Counted from the stretch's first letter, positions 43,026 through 54,210 are shown. The stretch is DNA of 64,000 nt from Calditrichia bacterium (GCA_963796965.1 CAWCNS010000005.1:576001-640000); one strand, 5' to 3'. Notes: a model not told the origin generated them from the sequence alone. Program-made: numbers and translations.

Positions 43026-44131
43026 AAGTCACCCATTTTTCTTAAGGCAATATTGTAAGCCCCTAAAGCAATAGCCTTGCTTGTCCCGATTTTAGAAACA
43101 CCTATACAAAGACGGCGTAGCGGATCATATGGTACCTGCCGCGTCGATCCAGGTACCGTAATCATTTTTTGTTCTCCGGCGATAAAGATTTTGCGCTCTT
43201 CTTCATCTTCAAGATTAAACACAACAGGTGAGAGACGACGATAGGTCTCCCCTGCATGATTTCTATACTTACTATTAATCTCTTCGATGGTTTTAGACAA
43301 AAACAGTGCATGAGCGCCGGCAATCCCTCCTCCGATAACGGCGATGCCATCTATAAGAGTCATAATATTAGCCAAGGCATCACCAAGAGCCACGGCCATT
43401 TGATGATAGGCTTGGATCGCAGCATTCTGATCTCCATCTCTCTTACCGATTCCGATTTCAAATATTTTTCTCGGAGAAGGTGCATCTTCGAATGAGATGT
43501 GCGCTTCTTGGGCGTAAACTCTTTTGATTCCCCGGATGCTGACACCCTCTTCAACATTCATATCACTATGAAATTTATGACTCATAACACCAACTTCTGC
43601 AGAACCTGAGTTATCCCCGACGAGCAATTTTCCATCGATCACAATCCCACCACCAAATCCTGTGCCAAGTGTCACACCAATCAAATTTTTATATTTTGAC
43701 TTGCTGCCAGCTTTCTCAAGCAATCCATTTACATGTGGTAAATATCCACTAATTGCTTCGCCATAAGCATACAGATCACCATCGTTGTTTATATATACCG
43801 GTAAGTTGAATGTATCTTCAAGCATGGGTCCAAGGGCTACCCCTCCACGGAATGCCTTAAGATTTTGTAAATCTCCTATAATTCCATTAGGATAATCTGC
43901 CACTCCAGGGAAAGCAAAACTGATGGCTACCGGATCCTCAGATAATTTCCTTTTTATCTCGCTAAATCCATCAACAATTCCCTTCAGAGATAAGGTCAGG
44001 TCATGCGCATTAGATGGTAAACTAACCCGTTCCACGATTTCTTCTCCACCCTGGATGGCTGAGAAAACAAAATTGGTGCCACCGGCATCCAGGGTCATTA
44101 CAACACGCTTATCTTCAAATATATTCATCAC
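43022..44131 (-). CDS. ROK family sugar kinase
   Basis: LDAGGTN, AFPGVAD, INNDGD, TLGTGFGGG, AEVG; no N-terminal HTH. Confidence 0.88.
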   Translation of the reverse strand: MMNIFEDKRVVMTLDAGGTNFVFSAIQGGEEIVERVSLPSNAHDLTLSLKGIVDGFSEIKRKLSEDPVAISFAFPGVADYPNGIIGDLQNLKAFRGGVALGPMLEDTFNLPVYINNDGDLYAYGEAISGYLPHVNGLLEKAGSKSKYKNLIGVTLGTGFGGGIVIDGKLLVGDNSGSAEVGVMSHKFHSDMNVEEGVSIRGIKRVYAQEAHISFEDAPSPRKIFEIGIGKRDGDQNAAIQAYHQMAVALGDALANIMTLIDGIAVIGGGIAGAHALFLSKTIEEINSKYRNHAGETYRRLSPVVFNLEDEEERKIFIAGEQKMITVPGSTRQVPYDPLRRLCIGVSKIGTSKAIALGAYNIALRKMGDL

Positions 44132-44172
44132 ATTCCTTAGTCGTTTTTTTATACACTAATACGCTATAGATC

Positions 44173-44201
44173 GTAGAGACGGCCCGGCGGGACGTCTCTA
44201 C
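44173..44201. repeat. GTAG-family REP hairpin
   Basis: gtagagacg-gcccggcggga-cgtctctac, perfect 9-bp stem beginning GTAG. Confidence 0.75.
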
Positions 44202-44262
44202 ATGGGCACATTGAAACCTATGATAGATCAATAATCAGTTATACCTTACAATCCCGATAATG

Positions 44263-46014
44263 TTATCCAGACCTGACATATGCCTTAATAGTAGCGCATT
44301 CCTTGCCTATGGAGACACCATGAGGACGGATAGTATAGGCCCCAACAATTGCCGGGATCACAAATGTTTCTGCATAATGCACCACAAAAGGTTTGAATGC
44401 ATCCTGCGGACTTTCAATAATTACTTCATCTCCTTCAACCAAGTTAAGAACATTCACCGTCCCCTGGGTATCATGTTTTACCGTATGCGTAAACCAGTGT
44501 CTGCGGGTTTCAATAAACTCCAGGTGATGGAGTCCGGTTTTTTCTTCCCACCAGCCCTCCCCCTCTGCAATTTTTTCAATCTGATTGATCAGATTTTCTT
44601 TAGTCCATGCGGGTACACGATCAAACTGAATGACTTTTTTGCCGTGATTGATGTGAACCGGACGTGGTTGACCATCTAACCCCAATCTACCCCAATCCCA
44701 TAATTTAAAAGTAAATATATAGGGGGTAGAACTTATCTCCAGCACCATTGAATTTTTCCCAGAACAATGAACAGTCCCTGCTGGGATGAGTACATGGTCA
44801 TGTTTTTTTACTGGCCACTTCATGACATAATCATCAGCCTTAAATGGCCCATCTTTTTCGTTTGCAGATTCTAAATCACGGGCCATCACCTCAGGATCAA
44901 CATTATCCCGTAATCCAAGATATACGTGGGCATCTGATTTTGCATCCATCATATAGTAACTTTCATCCTGCGTATAATGCCAGCCGAAAGTATTCTGAAT
45001 ATAATCGGTCAAAGGATGTACCTGGAGGCTAAGATTTCCCCCATCCATTGTATCCAAGAAATCAAATCGGATCGGAAATTCAGCACCAAAACGGGCAAAT
45101 ACTTCCTGCCCTAATAATTCTCTTGGCTGAGAGAAGACAAGATTAATAGCCGGTATTTCAAATAAGGTCCCGCCAAAATTTAATAACAGACTATTTTCCT
45201 CAGGGACACAATTAAAACACCAGGCATAATTTTGAGCCTGCCCGTCAAGATTACAGACCTCCTTCATCCATTGACCACCCCAGGGGCCAGGATCAAAAAA
45301 AGGCATTAATTCAAAGGGTTGTTTTACTGTTATTTTGAGACCATCGCGCATCGCCTTTCCGGAGACCATTTTTGGAAGATTTCTATCAGTAGTATCCAGA
45401 ACATAATCCCAGCGATCGATTAGTTGGCGTTTTAAACGATCACAGACCCGCCAATCGACAAAAAAGGCCCACTTATATTTTAAGGATGGCTTTTCTGTTT
45501 TATTTTTAACGCCAAGATTCGAGATTTCATTTCGCCTCTGACGCTGCTGAATCTCCCATCGGGCTATATCTGCATAGATAAGTATATCAGGTTCGGCAAG
45601 ACATACCGCACCTGTACCGACAATCAATACTGATCCGGAGGTAATGGAAGCCACTTCGTTTTTTATCTTATCAAGGTGGATCGGATCAAAATAATTCTCT
45701 ATGCTCAAATAACTGAGCACACCAAAAACCGGATCATCACCAAGATCTCTTTTTACCATCTCCCGAATGAGGTTTTCTTCTTTATAAAAGTCAGAACTTA
45801 AATACACGTGATCAAATTCAAGCCCCTCCCTTAAAGCAGGACCTATTTCCTGTTCTGATGCACCGGGATATACTTCCACAGTAACAATCTTCTTATCCTC
45901 ATTACTTTGAAGAAGAGCCGATTTAAGTTCTGCTATAATCGATTCCCAACCCGCGTGACAAAGATGTCCGGGCACGTCGACGGAAGGATATTTATTGAAG
46001 TTTGATTTGGTCAT
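44263..46014 (-). CDS. Large class I mannose-6-phosphate isomerase-like cupin protein with ~230-aa N-terminal domain
   Basis: PWGGQWMK, FPIRFDFLDT, NLSLQVHP, QDESYY, IPAGTVH, LWDWGR. Confidence 0.83.
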   Translation of the reverse strand: MTKSNFNKYPSVDVPGHLCHAGWESIIAELKSALLQSNEDKKIVTVEVYPGASEQEIGPALREGLEFDHVYLSSDFYKEENLIREMVKRDLGDDPVFGVLSYLSIENYFDPIHLDKIKNEVASITSGSVLIVGTGAVCLAEPDILIYADIARWEIQQRQRRNEISNLGVKNKTEKPSLKYKWAFFVDWRVCDRLKRQLIDRWDYVLDTTDRNLPKMVSGKAMRDGLKITVKQPFELMPFFDPGPWGGQWMKEVCNLDGQAQNYAWCFNCVPEENSLLLNFGGTLFEIPAINLVFSQPRELLGQEVFARFGAEFPIRFDFLDTMDGGNLSLQVHPLTDYIQNTFGWHYTQDESYYMMDAKSDAHVYLGLRDNVDPEVMARDLESANEKDGPFKADDYVMKWPVKKHDHVLIPAGTVHCSGKNSMVLEISSTPYIFTFKLWDWGRLGLDGQPRPVHINHGKKVIQFDRVPAWTKENLINQIEKIAEGEGWWEEKTGLHHLEFIETRRHWFTHTVKHDTQGTVNVLNLVEGDEVIIESPQDAFKPFVVHYAETFVIPAIVGAYTIRPHGVSIGKECATIKAYVRSG

Positions 46015-46179
46015 CGTATTATCAGTTGTATTTTATCCACGAATCCCACTAATTATTTCGAATTTCACGAATTTATTTTTGTGCTTTCTGATTTCTTGAA
46101 AAGGTAATCGACTCTCCACACCCATTGCTCCACGCTTTACACTCTACGCTTTTCTATTTTACCTTTTTCCCTGTTTTTC

Positions 46180-47761
46180 TCAATGAATTTCTATATTGGT
46201 AATCCGCACAGGTTCAAAATATATACCAAACGAATTGAGAGTTGGGCTCACGCGTGAATCTTTAATGCGAATCCGAATTTGATCCGATTCAATCGTAGGT
46301 ATTCTGCAAATTCTTTTATAACCGATTGTGGTCGCCTCTACCACTTGTTGCCATTGTCCCTTTTGCATAACATCCACCGCAAACATAGAGATGCGTTGTG
46401 AAAAATCACGTATGTGCTCCTGAAGAACGAGTCGGTTAAACTGTTTTTTCTCAGAAAGTTTTATAATTAATTCCGCCTGCCGGGTCCAATCCGGGGGCAT
46501 CCAACAGGTGGAGGGATCACCATCCAGGACATTTCTGGCCGCATACGCCTCTCCGCGTGTTGATGAAGTCTGTAATCCCTGCCCCTTCAGCAAGATTTTT
46601 CCGAAATGTCTTATCGATTATATCGCCTATTTCCCTCAGGACTTTTACATCCCGATCTGAAAACAGCCCATACCTGTTGGGGGGAATGTTCAACAAAAAA
46701 ACAGTATTTCCGCCTACGGAGCGATACCAGACATCAAGAATCTCTTCTGTTGTTTTAACGTACTGGCTCTCATCACGCCAGAACCAACCATGCCGAATGG
46801 ATGTATTTGTTTCTGCAGGGTACCAGTGTAAGAAGCCACCCTCAGAAAGCCTTTCCCTTATTTTTTCCATGGAACCTAAATCCTGATCCATCATATCCGG
46901 CCAAACCCGATTATCACGATCTCCCCCAACAGGTATGACAGACCACTCAGAATCTCTTGTTTTTCCGCCCTCATTACCACACCACCGCACATCAGGCCCC
47001 GCTATGGCTATGACAGCCTCCGGGGCAAGATTCCGAATGAGCTCATACCACTGATCATCGGTATATGTCTGCCCGCCTTTTCGTTTGGGATGGGCACCAT
47101 CAAACCATACTTCATAAACAGGACCATATTCAGTAAGAAGTTCAAAAAGCTGATTCATAAAATATTCATTATAATCATCAACCAGATATTTAAAACTGCG
47201 TTTATCCTTAAAAGGCCTGTCTTCAACAGGCCGGGGGATAATTCTCTCAGAATATTCACTACCATTTCCATACAATCCCTCAGGACTCTCTATTTGGTAT
47301 AAATCAGCAGGTGATAAGTAGATTCCTAATTTAATATCGTATTTTTCCAAAGATTCAACGAGATCCTTTAATACATCACCTTTACCATTCCGCCAGGTAC
47401 TTGACGCAACTGAATGGGAGGTATAACGTGTTTGCCAGAGACAAAACCCATCATGGTGTTTTATACTAATAACAGCCATTTTCATTCCTGCTGCTCTCAT
47501 TGCTTCGCACCATTGGTCCGTATTAAGACTCTTAGGATCAAAGATTTTGGGATCTTCAAATCCATTACCCCATTCCCGGGCTGTAAAGGTGTTTACGCCA
47601 AAATGGATAAAAGCGGTAAATTCCATCTCTTGAAAAACCATCTGTCGTGGATGTGGTTTGCAGGCGACAGATTGAAGCATGGCTTCTCTGTCGTCTAATA
47701 CAGGACCCGATTTGGGCATCAACAAAATCCAAGATGTTAAAACAAGAGCAAATAATTTCAT
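46180..47761 (-). CDS. GH29 alpha-L-fucosidase + F5/8 type C (CBM32-like) domain; frameshift near 46580
   Basis: FIHFGVNTF, KHHDGFCLW, GIYLSP, VWFDGA, DVRWCGNEGG, SIRHGWFW, LLNIPP. Confidence 0.9.
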
Positions 47762-47844
47762 TTAAGCTATCCTGATGTGATGTTTTAATAATAAATAAAG
47801 AGAAAACTGCCGCTGACTAACACCGACTTCTCCAGATCATCTGC

Positions 47845-49264
47845 CTAAAAAGGTAAGTTCAATGTATCTCCCACATCCCCCTGAAGGCTCTTCAATTCTT
47901 TCTTAAGATCATCAATAATCATCTTATTCTCTGCATTATCAGCAATATTTTCCATTTCATACGGATCTACTTCTAAATTGAACAATAAAAATTTCTCTGC
48001 CTTAGGATAAAATATTAATTTATAATTATCTTTGCGGACCATTCTCTGCAAATACCTGTATCCACCATAAATGGCCCTATGACTTTGAATTTGATCACCA
48101 TACAATAAAGGGATGATACTTTTGAATTGTATGTGTTCAGGGATTTTAGCACCTGCCAATTCCATTGTGCTGGGCATAATGTCCTGCAGATAAACGGGTG
48201 TATCGATTCGCTTTCCCTTTGAAATGCCAGGTCCACATACGAGAAACGGAACCCTGACACTATGATCGAACATATTTTGTTTTCCTATCAACCCGTGCTT
48301 CCCAACCGCGAGACCATGATCTGCTGTAAAAAGTATATAGGTATTTTCAACTTTACCAGACTCTTTCAGAGCATCAAGGATCCGGCCAATCTGGTCATCC
48401 ATATGGGTGATAATGGCAAAATATTCCTGCCGATTCACCTTGACAGCATATTCTGTTCTCGGAAACGGTGCCAATCGTTCATCTCTGAGACTTCTTCCGG
48501 ATCCCATAGCTTCGTTGTAAGGATATTCGGGTAAAAAGTTTTCTGGTAATTTCACCTTTTCCAGGGGATATTTTTCTACGTATTGACGAGGAGATTGACG
48601 CGGATCATGGGGCGCGTTAAATGCCAGGTACATAAAAAAGGGATTATCAATCTGCGCGGCTTGTTTTAGGAAATCGATACCATCATCGGCCAATACTTCG
48701 CTCCAATGTTTACCACCTTTCCAGTATCCCTCAAATTTAGGATCCCAGGGACGCCATACATCTGGTTGACCCTCTATGGGACGGTTATATCCTTCTGGTG
48801 TCTGATTGGGCATACCCGGACGAATATGCCGGCTTGTATTAAAAATCACTAGCCACATCAACTTTTACATGCCATTTTCCCGAGAAATACGTATCATAAC
48901 CAGCCTTTTCCAGTTGCTGCGACCAAAATTGTCCTGATTCGGCTATTTGGACTAAATTTGGCTCTATTTCTTTGGCATGCCATAAAAAACGACCGGTGTT
49001 GAGCATAGTCCTGCTGGCCACACAAACAGCCCCATGCCACGCTCCCATGTTAAACGCCTCAGAGAACATGACACCATTTTCTGCCAAACGATCCAAATTT
49101 GGCGTTTGGACTTCGCTACCTAATACACCAAGCGCTTCATAGCAGTGATCATCGGCAAAGATAAACAGAATATTCGGTTTCTCCGGCCTGCTCTGCTGAG
49201 AACATCCAATTACTATGGCGAGAAGTGAAACTATAATGAGGATTACTATTCTTTTATTCACCAC
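47845..49264 (-). CDS. Formylglycine-dependent (S1) sulfatase, lipoprotein; frameshift near 48850
   Basis: Lipobox-like IGC, PNILFIFADD, TPNLDRLA, CVASR (CxxxR), GKWH, APHDP, TADHG, GKQN. Confidence 0.9.
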
Positions 49265-49450
49265 TATACTCCTTGCATTATTGATGAAATAGGTAATTAG
49301 TAATTTGGAATTAATAATTTCATATTTCCTCTGCTAATCCTTACCGATCTATCTCAGGAAAGTTGTCCGCAGCACAATTCCCTAACCGCAATACAATTTG
49401 CCCTTTTTCCTTTTTCCTTTTTCCTTTTTCCTAATTACCATATTACCTTA

Positions 49451-51883
49451 TTACTTTTTAACTTTCAAATGCTCTGCCGGACCCGTAATTCTCACTTCTA
49501 ATTTTATATGAGGTTCTTTACCCCCATAAAAACCGCAATCAAAGGTCATCGTATGGTCTCCTTTTCCAACAGCGAGGTCACTGGTTTTTAGCTGGATTTG
49601 GCGAATTTTTTTCCAGTTTTTATTATAGATAACAGCAAATTCCCCACCCTCATATTTTAATGTCTGACCCTGTTTCAAAGTCACCGGAAGTTTTATCTTT
49701 TTATAGTTATCAATTTCCATAACGATATCTTTGGCATTACCATCAGCAGCTGTAAGAATAAAACTGAGTGGTTGCTTATCCACTTCGTTTTTAAAATTGA
49801 ATTTAGAGTAGAGTGGTTCTCCCGGTTGTCTCACTTTCTTTTCGTGTTTGAATTTATAGGAGTAGATGCGAAAAAGATTCCATTCATTTTCAGCCACAGT
49901 TTTCAACCTGAATTCATTATCCAGATCCTTCATCAATTCTTTTTGCTCCATTGAAAAGACATCAGCCATCCTTGCCTTTTCCCACTCTCCGAGTAAATGA
50001 AGGATATGATCTGATTGTCCATTCTCATCTACAGCCTGATAACCCGTAACAAAGGCATATCCCGCATTGAAGGCGGCTGAACGGGTCAGCATCCATTCAA
50101 TATCTTCAACACTGGTTTCTGAGGTCATTTTAAACCAGCCCAACATGGCAGGCATGAAATTCCGTTTAAAATAGGGTTGATTTTTCATCCTATATTCGGT
50201 CTGACTCTCCCTGAAACCGGCATACCAGGGTTCCCCCCAGTTCATGCGTGTATACATATGCCAAAAATAATGTGACGTTCTGCTGGCATCAGCGATATAA
50301 TGATCTTTTATTTTTTTATCTAAATTATCGTACCATGTCTGAGCGAATAAAATCTCCCCATAATTTCCCAATGCAGTGGATCTGCATCCTTCCAAGCCAT
50401 CAAAAGAAATCTGCCGTAATCCTGTTTCGTTATACAATTCAGCAATATTCTTAGACATCTCCACGGTTAATTCCGGATCAGTCAGGAAAACCTTATAGGC
50501 ATGATCCGCTAATTTGCCAATTACTTCACCCTTCTTATGATTGGCCTTTTCAGTACCAAACGCCCCTCGCTGACAATCCAAAAGCTTCCACGGTGCACGC
50601 TCAGAAACCTCTCCATAGCGAATCAACTCATTTTCCACAACAACTGTTTTTAAATGATTGTTCTTAAACTGATTGAAAAAATCCGGTGATTCTAATGGTA
50701 TCTCCGTTTGTGACTTAGAGATATCCCCGGTCAGGATACTGGTACCGACCCTGGCCAATCTTTTGTCCGGAATTGGCGATACATAGGGATCGTTTGGTGT
50801 TATAAAATTTGAGAGCGTATGAACCCCGAGCATAATTCCCTGCTTTTCCGCTGTCTCTACACATTTTTTCATTCCCGCCCAGCCATTTGGGAATTGTCCA
50901 TGCAAATCAAAATGTCCCCAGTTTTTAAAAGGTCCGGGATGATACAGATATCTTAATCCTGCTTTTTTGGTTATATCTATGGATCGTTGAATATCCTTTT
51001 CTCCAAAACCCATTATCAGATAGGCTGCTGACGCTGACCGTGCTGTTTTACCCCATTCTCCATCAATCATGGGATGGGGCAATCCTTCAGCAACCTCAAT
51101 TTCACCGATCGTTTCCAGGGCCTTATCAACCGGGCAACCGAACAAAGCAATCTTGGATCCAACAACCCCACCATCTTTTAAAACCAGTGCGGTGTATCTT
51201 TCATGTCCCCAGTTTTCAATAATTCGCTCTTTATTTCTGTTGCGTGTATAAGCCTGTAACGTGCTTCCAAAATCTGCCGGCTTCGCTGCTTCGACACGGT
51301 AGAGTACATATCTTTTTCCTTCTTCCTTCATATCAGAGAGATCTTTCTGATCAAAGATATCAATCTGGGGCATACAATCATTCTCTAGCCAGGGATAGCC
51401 CCCTAAAGTTTTTGGATTCAGGGCCTGTATGCCCAGTGCATAGGATTCACCACGCACCACCCCTACCGTTTCCCCAATAATTTTATTGATGATCGTCGGA
51501 TATGGACCCCAAATGATTAACTCAACATTTTCCATATCCGAGACTGACAACAATTCAAAACTTATATAGGGATCTTTTTCATTAACTTTTATTTCTGCCT
51601 TAAGATTACCTGCATAGGTAAGCAAAAGCAGTTTTTTTTCTTTTTCAAATTTTGCAGACTCCGGAACTAAGATGTTATTATTTACTCTTACAGACATAAT
51701 AACACTGAGAGAATCTTCCGACAAATAGTTCACACCATTGTCTTTATCCGCAATTTGAACGACCTCCCCTTTATCATTGATGGCAAATTTTAACGATTTT
51801 GATTCAAAAGCAATATCTACAGAAAACATAGAACAAGCGTAGATAAACATTATTGGTAATATCAGGGGAAACAATTTCTTCAT
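49451..51883 (-). CDS. Uncharacterised 810-aa lipoprotein, possible TIM-barrel glycoside hydrolase
   Basis: Lipobox YAC; GIMLGVHTLSNFI, QISFDGLEG, WHMYTRMNWGEPW; long intact ORF with AAGGA RBS. Confidence 0.7.
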   Translation of the reverse strand: MKKLFPLILPIMFIYACSMFSVDIAFESKSLKFAINDKGEVVQIADKDNGVNYLSEDSLSVIMSVRVNNNILVPESAKFEKEKKLLLLTYAGNLKAEIKVNEKDPYISFELLSVSDMENVELIIWGPYPTIINKIIGETVGVVRGESYALGIQALNPKTLGGYPWLENDCMPQIDIFDQKDLSDMKEEGKRYVLYRVEAAKPADFGSTLQAYTRNRNKERIIENWGHERYTALVLKDGGVVGSKIALFGCPVDKALETIGEIEVAEGLPHPMIDGEWGKTARSASAAYLIMGFGEKDIQRSIDITKKAGLRYLYHPGPFKNWGHFDLHGQFPNGWAGMKKCVETAEKQGIMLGVHTLSNFITPNDPYVSPIPDKRLARVGTSILTGDISKSQTEIPLESPDFFNQFKNNHLKTVVVENELIRYGEVSERAPWKLLDCQRGAFGTEKANHKKGEVIGKLADHAYKVFLTDPELTVEMSKNIAELYNETGLRQISFDGLEGCRSTALGNYGEILFAQTWYDNLDKKIKDHYIADASRTSHYFWHMYTRMNWGEPWYAGFRESQTEYRMKNQPYFKRNFMPAMLGWFKMTSETSVEDIEWMLTRSAAFNAGYAFVTGYQAVDENGQSDHILHLLGEWEKARMADVFSMEQKELMKDLDNEFRLKTVAENEWNLFRIYSYKFKHEKKVRQPGEPLYSKFNFKNEVDKQPLSFILTAADGNAKDIVMEIDNYKKIKLPVTLKQGQTLKYEGGEFAVIYNKNWKKIRQIQLKTSDLAVGKGDHTMTFDCGFYGGKEPHIKLEVRITGPAEHLKVKK

Positions 51884-51909
51884 GATTTATCATCCTTTCA
51901 TTTGTCTTT

Positions 51910-52264
51910 TTTTATTCACGCAGCGACGCAACGCCGCAACGAATTATATCCACGGATTATCACAAATTTTGACCAATTTCACGAGTTTCTAATTATCTTG
52001 GCCCTGTCATTCTGTCCCGGAATGGGATGACATGTGATTTATACATTATTGCGCTTAGTGCCTTTTCCCGACTAAAGTCGGGATGGAAGATTTCATCCCG
52101 ACATAGGTACAGAATGTAGATATTTATATCGGGACTTTGTGATATTTGTGGTCTAATTTTTGGTAGACACGTGGGTCTGCCCCTTGATTATTGATTATTC
52201 TGTGTTGAATATTGAATATTTCTTTTATTTCCATGCGGCTTTGCGGCTCTGCGAGGGAATAAAA
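51910..52264. mobile_element. Family A inverted-repeat cassette with nested D arm, TCCCGA/TCGGGA mini-hairpins, REP and heptamer unit
   Basis: Left ttttattcacgcagcgacgcaacgccgcaacga; right tgcggctttgcggctctgcgagggaataaaa; internal atccacggattatcac, tcccgactaaagtcggga (52066-52083), gtagacacgtgggtctgcccct (52163-52184). Confidence 0.72.
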
Positions 52265-52281
52265 TCTATTATAAAGTGCAA

Positions 52282-53247
52282 TCATTCCGGATAATTCCCT
52301 TCTTTTCGCCATACATCTAATATCAAATCATATCGTTCTAAAGGCATGCCCGTATAAACACAATTGCTTGTTGAGAATACAAATCCCCCACCAGGCATAC
52401 CATGCTTGAGGGCATAACGGGCCGATTCGATGACTTCTTCTTCTGTACCGGTATCCATTAACCCACAGTTTACGTTGCCTATCAAACAAATTTCATTCCC
52501 TACCATTCGTTTAACTTCCGCAATGTCCACACCACCCTGTGGATCCAGGCTATGTATGGCATGGGGTTTTGCGGCAACTATTCTATCGAGAATGGGCATG
52601 ATATTGCCATCGGAATGTTTTATCACATAGAATCCCAGCTCTCTATACCCAGAAATCAACTGGACAAGATATGGCTGAACAAATTCATCAAACATTTCAG
52701 GAGAGAGGAATGGTCCTGTATTCAGACAGTAATCACTACATAAAGCAAAACAGTCCAGGGCCCCATGCTTTTTAAAAATCACCGCTTTTTCAAGGACACC
52801 ATCAATTAACTCCTGGGCTTCATCTTTTAATTCTTGGGGTTTTTCAGTCATTTTTGTGATAAATTCCATCATGTCATCACCCTCGGGAACAGGCCAGGTA
52901 CGATCACCATGGATCATCAGACAGTACTGATCATCAGCCTCACGAAGCAGATCGAGTATTTTTAAGGTATCCTCATTTATTTTTTCCTCCCAGATATCAG
53001 CACATTGATAAAAAATCGCAGAATGTTCATATTTACGGGCAGTTTTTAGATACGTATTTGCAATATCTCTGCGGTGTAAGTCTTTTTCAGTTTCTGACAT
53101 TTGCCCCCATTGATCAAATTTACGATGGGTCGGATGAATAAGACCAAAGGCTTCCATGGTCAGGAAGAACACTAGTTCAAAATGGGGCACCCTCCCTGGA
53201 GGTTGTTTACCTTCCAAAGCTAAAATAAATCTATCTTTTGGCTGCAT
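52282..53247 (-). CDS. UROD/MetE-like family protein 5
   Basis: MQPKDRFILALEG...RVP, SDYCLNTGPFLSP, IKHSDGN, HSLDPQGGVD, IGNVNC, FSTSNCV; AAGGA RBS before ATG 53247. Confidence 0.86.
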   Translation of the reverse strand: MQPKDRFILALEGKQPPGRVPHFELVFFLTMEAFGLIHPTHRKFDQWGQMSETEKDLHRRDIANTYLKTARKYEHSAIFYQCADIWEEKINEDTLKILDLLREADDQYCLMIHGDRTWPVPEGDDMMEFITKMTEKPQELKDEAQELIDGVLEKAVIFKKHGALDCFALCSDYCLNTGPFLSPEMFDEFVQPYLVQLISGYRELGFYVIKHSDGNIMPILDRIVAAKPHAIHSLDPQGGVDIAEVKRMVGNEICLIGNVNCGLMDTGTEEEVIESARYALKHGMPGGGFVFSTSNCVYTGMPLERYDLILDVWRKEGNYPE

Positions 53248-53334
53248 GTATACAGTCCTTTTCACATTAATGTTTAATCAATCTATATTGAGAGATATTT
53301 CGAAACAGCACTTAATCATTAATTTTTTTCAAAA

Positions 53335-54168
53335 CTACATACCATAAAACGTGAGCGCATTACCACCAAGAACGGCATCAACCGCCTGGGGAGAAAGACC
53401 GTTTCTCTTTAGATAGTTAAAGACAATCTGATAAACCTGATCATATCCGGCTGCTAACGTGCAGACAGGCCAATCACTTCCATACATAACCCTCTCCCAC
53501 CCGAAGACCTCAAACACCTTATCTAAATAAGGATCAAAATCAGAATTTTTCCACTTTTGCCAATGGTTTTCCGTAACCATTCCTGATAGTTTACAATAAA
53601 CATTTGGAAGTTCAGCCAGATGCTTCATATCCCCTGCCCACGGTTGCAAGACACCTTCTTTAATCATAGGTTTAGCCATATGATCCAGGACAAACCGCTG
53701 TTCCGGGTATTTTTCTACCATCTTGCAGGCAATGCCTAAATGTCTGGGAAAAAGCAGCAGATCATACGTTAAATTGTAGTCGTGTAATTTGCTTATTCCT
53801 TCGAGAAAATGTTCTTTCAACATAAATTCATCATCCGCTTCGTCATGGAGAACATGACGAACGCCAGCAAATTTCTCAAATGTCGAGAATTTAATTAATT
53901 GGGAATCAACATCGGCAGCGCATAAGTCAACCCATCCAACCACAGCCTGGATAAAAGAGTGGTTTGCCGCAAGTTCGAGTAACCAGATGGTTTCTTCAAG
54001 GGTTTGTCGCGCCTGCACAGCGACCGTACCTTTAATTCCCAAATTCAGGGCAAGCGGGAGAAGATCATTGGGGGAAAAGTCTCTTTTTAGGATATCCATA
54101 TCCATGCCCATCCAGCCGTACTCTTCTGTGTTATATTTCCAAAAGTGCTGATGTGAGTCTATTTTCAT
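53335..54168 (-). CDS. Amidohydrolase_2 family sugar lactonase (L-fuconolactonase-like)
   Basis: IDSHQHFW, VAVQA, VVGWVD, GVRH, VLDHMAKP, KLSG, MYGSDWPV. Confidence 0.87.
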   Translation of the reverse strand: MKIDSHQHFWKYNTEEYGWMGMDMDILKRDFSPNDLLPLALNLGIKGTVAVQARQTLEETIWLLELAANHSFIQAVVGWVDLCAADVDSQLIKFSTFEKFAGVRHVLHDEADDEFMLKEHFLEGISKLHDYNLTYDLLLFPRHLGIACKMVEKYPEQRFVLDHMAKPMIKEGVLQPWAGDMKHLAELPNVYCKLSGMVTENHWQKWKNSDFDPYLDKVFEVFGWERVMYGSDWPVCTLAAGYDQVYQIVFNYLKRNGLSPQAVDAVLGGNALTFYGM

Positions 54169-54210
54169 TCCACCTTGCCCGGGTATATGATGCTATTTTA
54201 TTTTTCTTTA

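Noticed and set aside
29479..53247. Heme biosynthesis (hemE) cluster
   Set aside because: The UROD-fold proteins lack the HemE WxMRQAGR motif and no other hem genes are present
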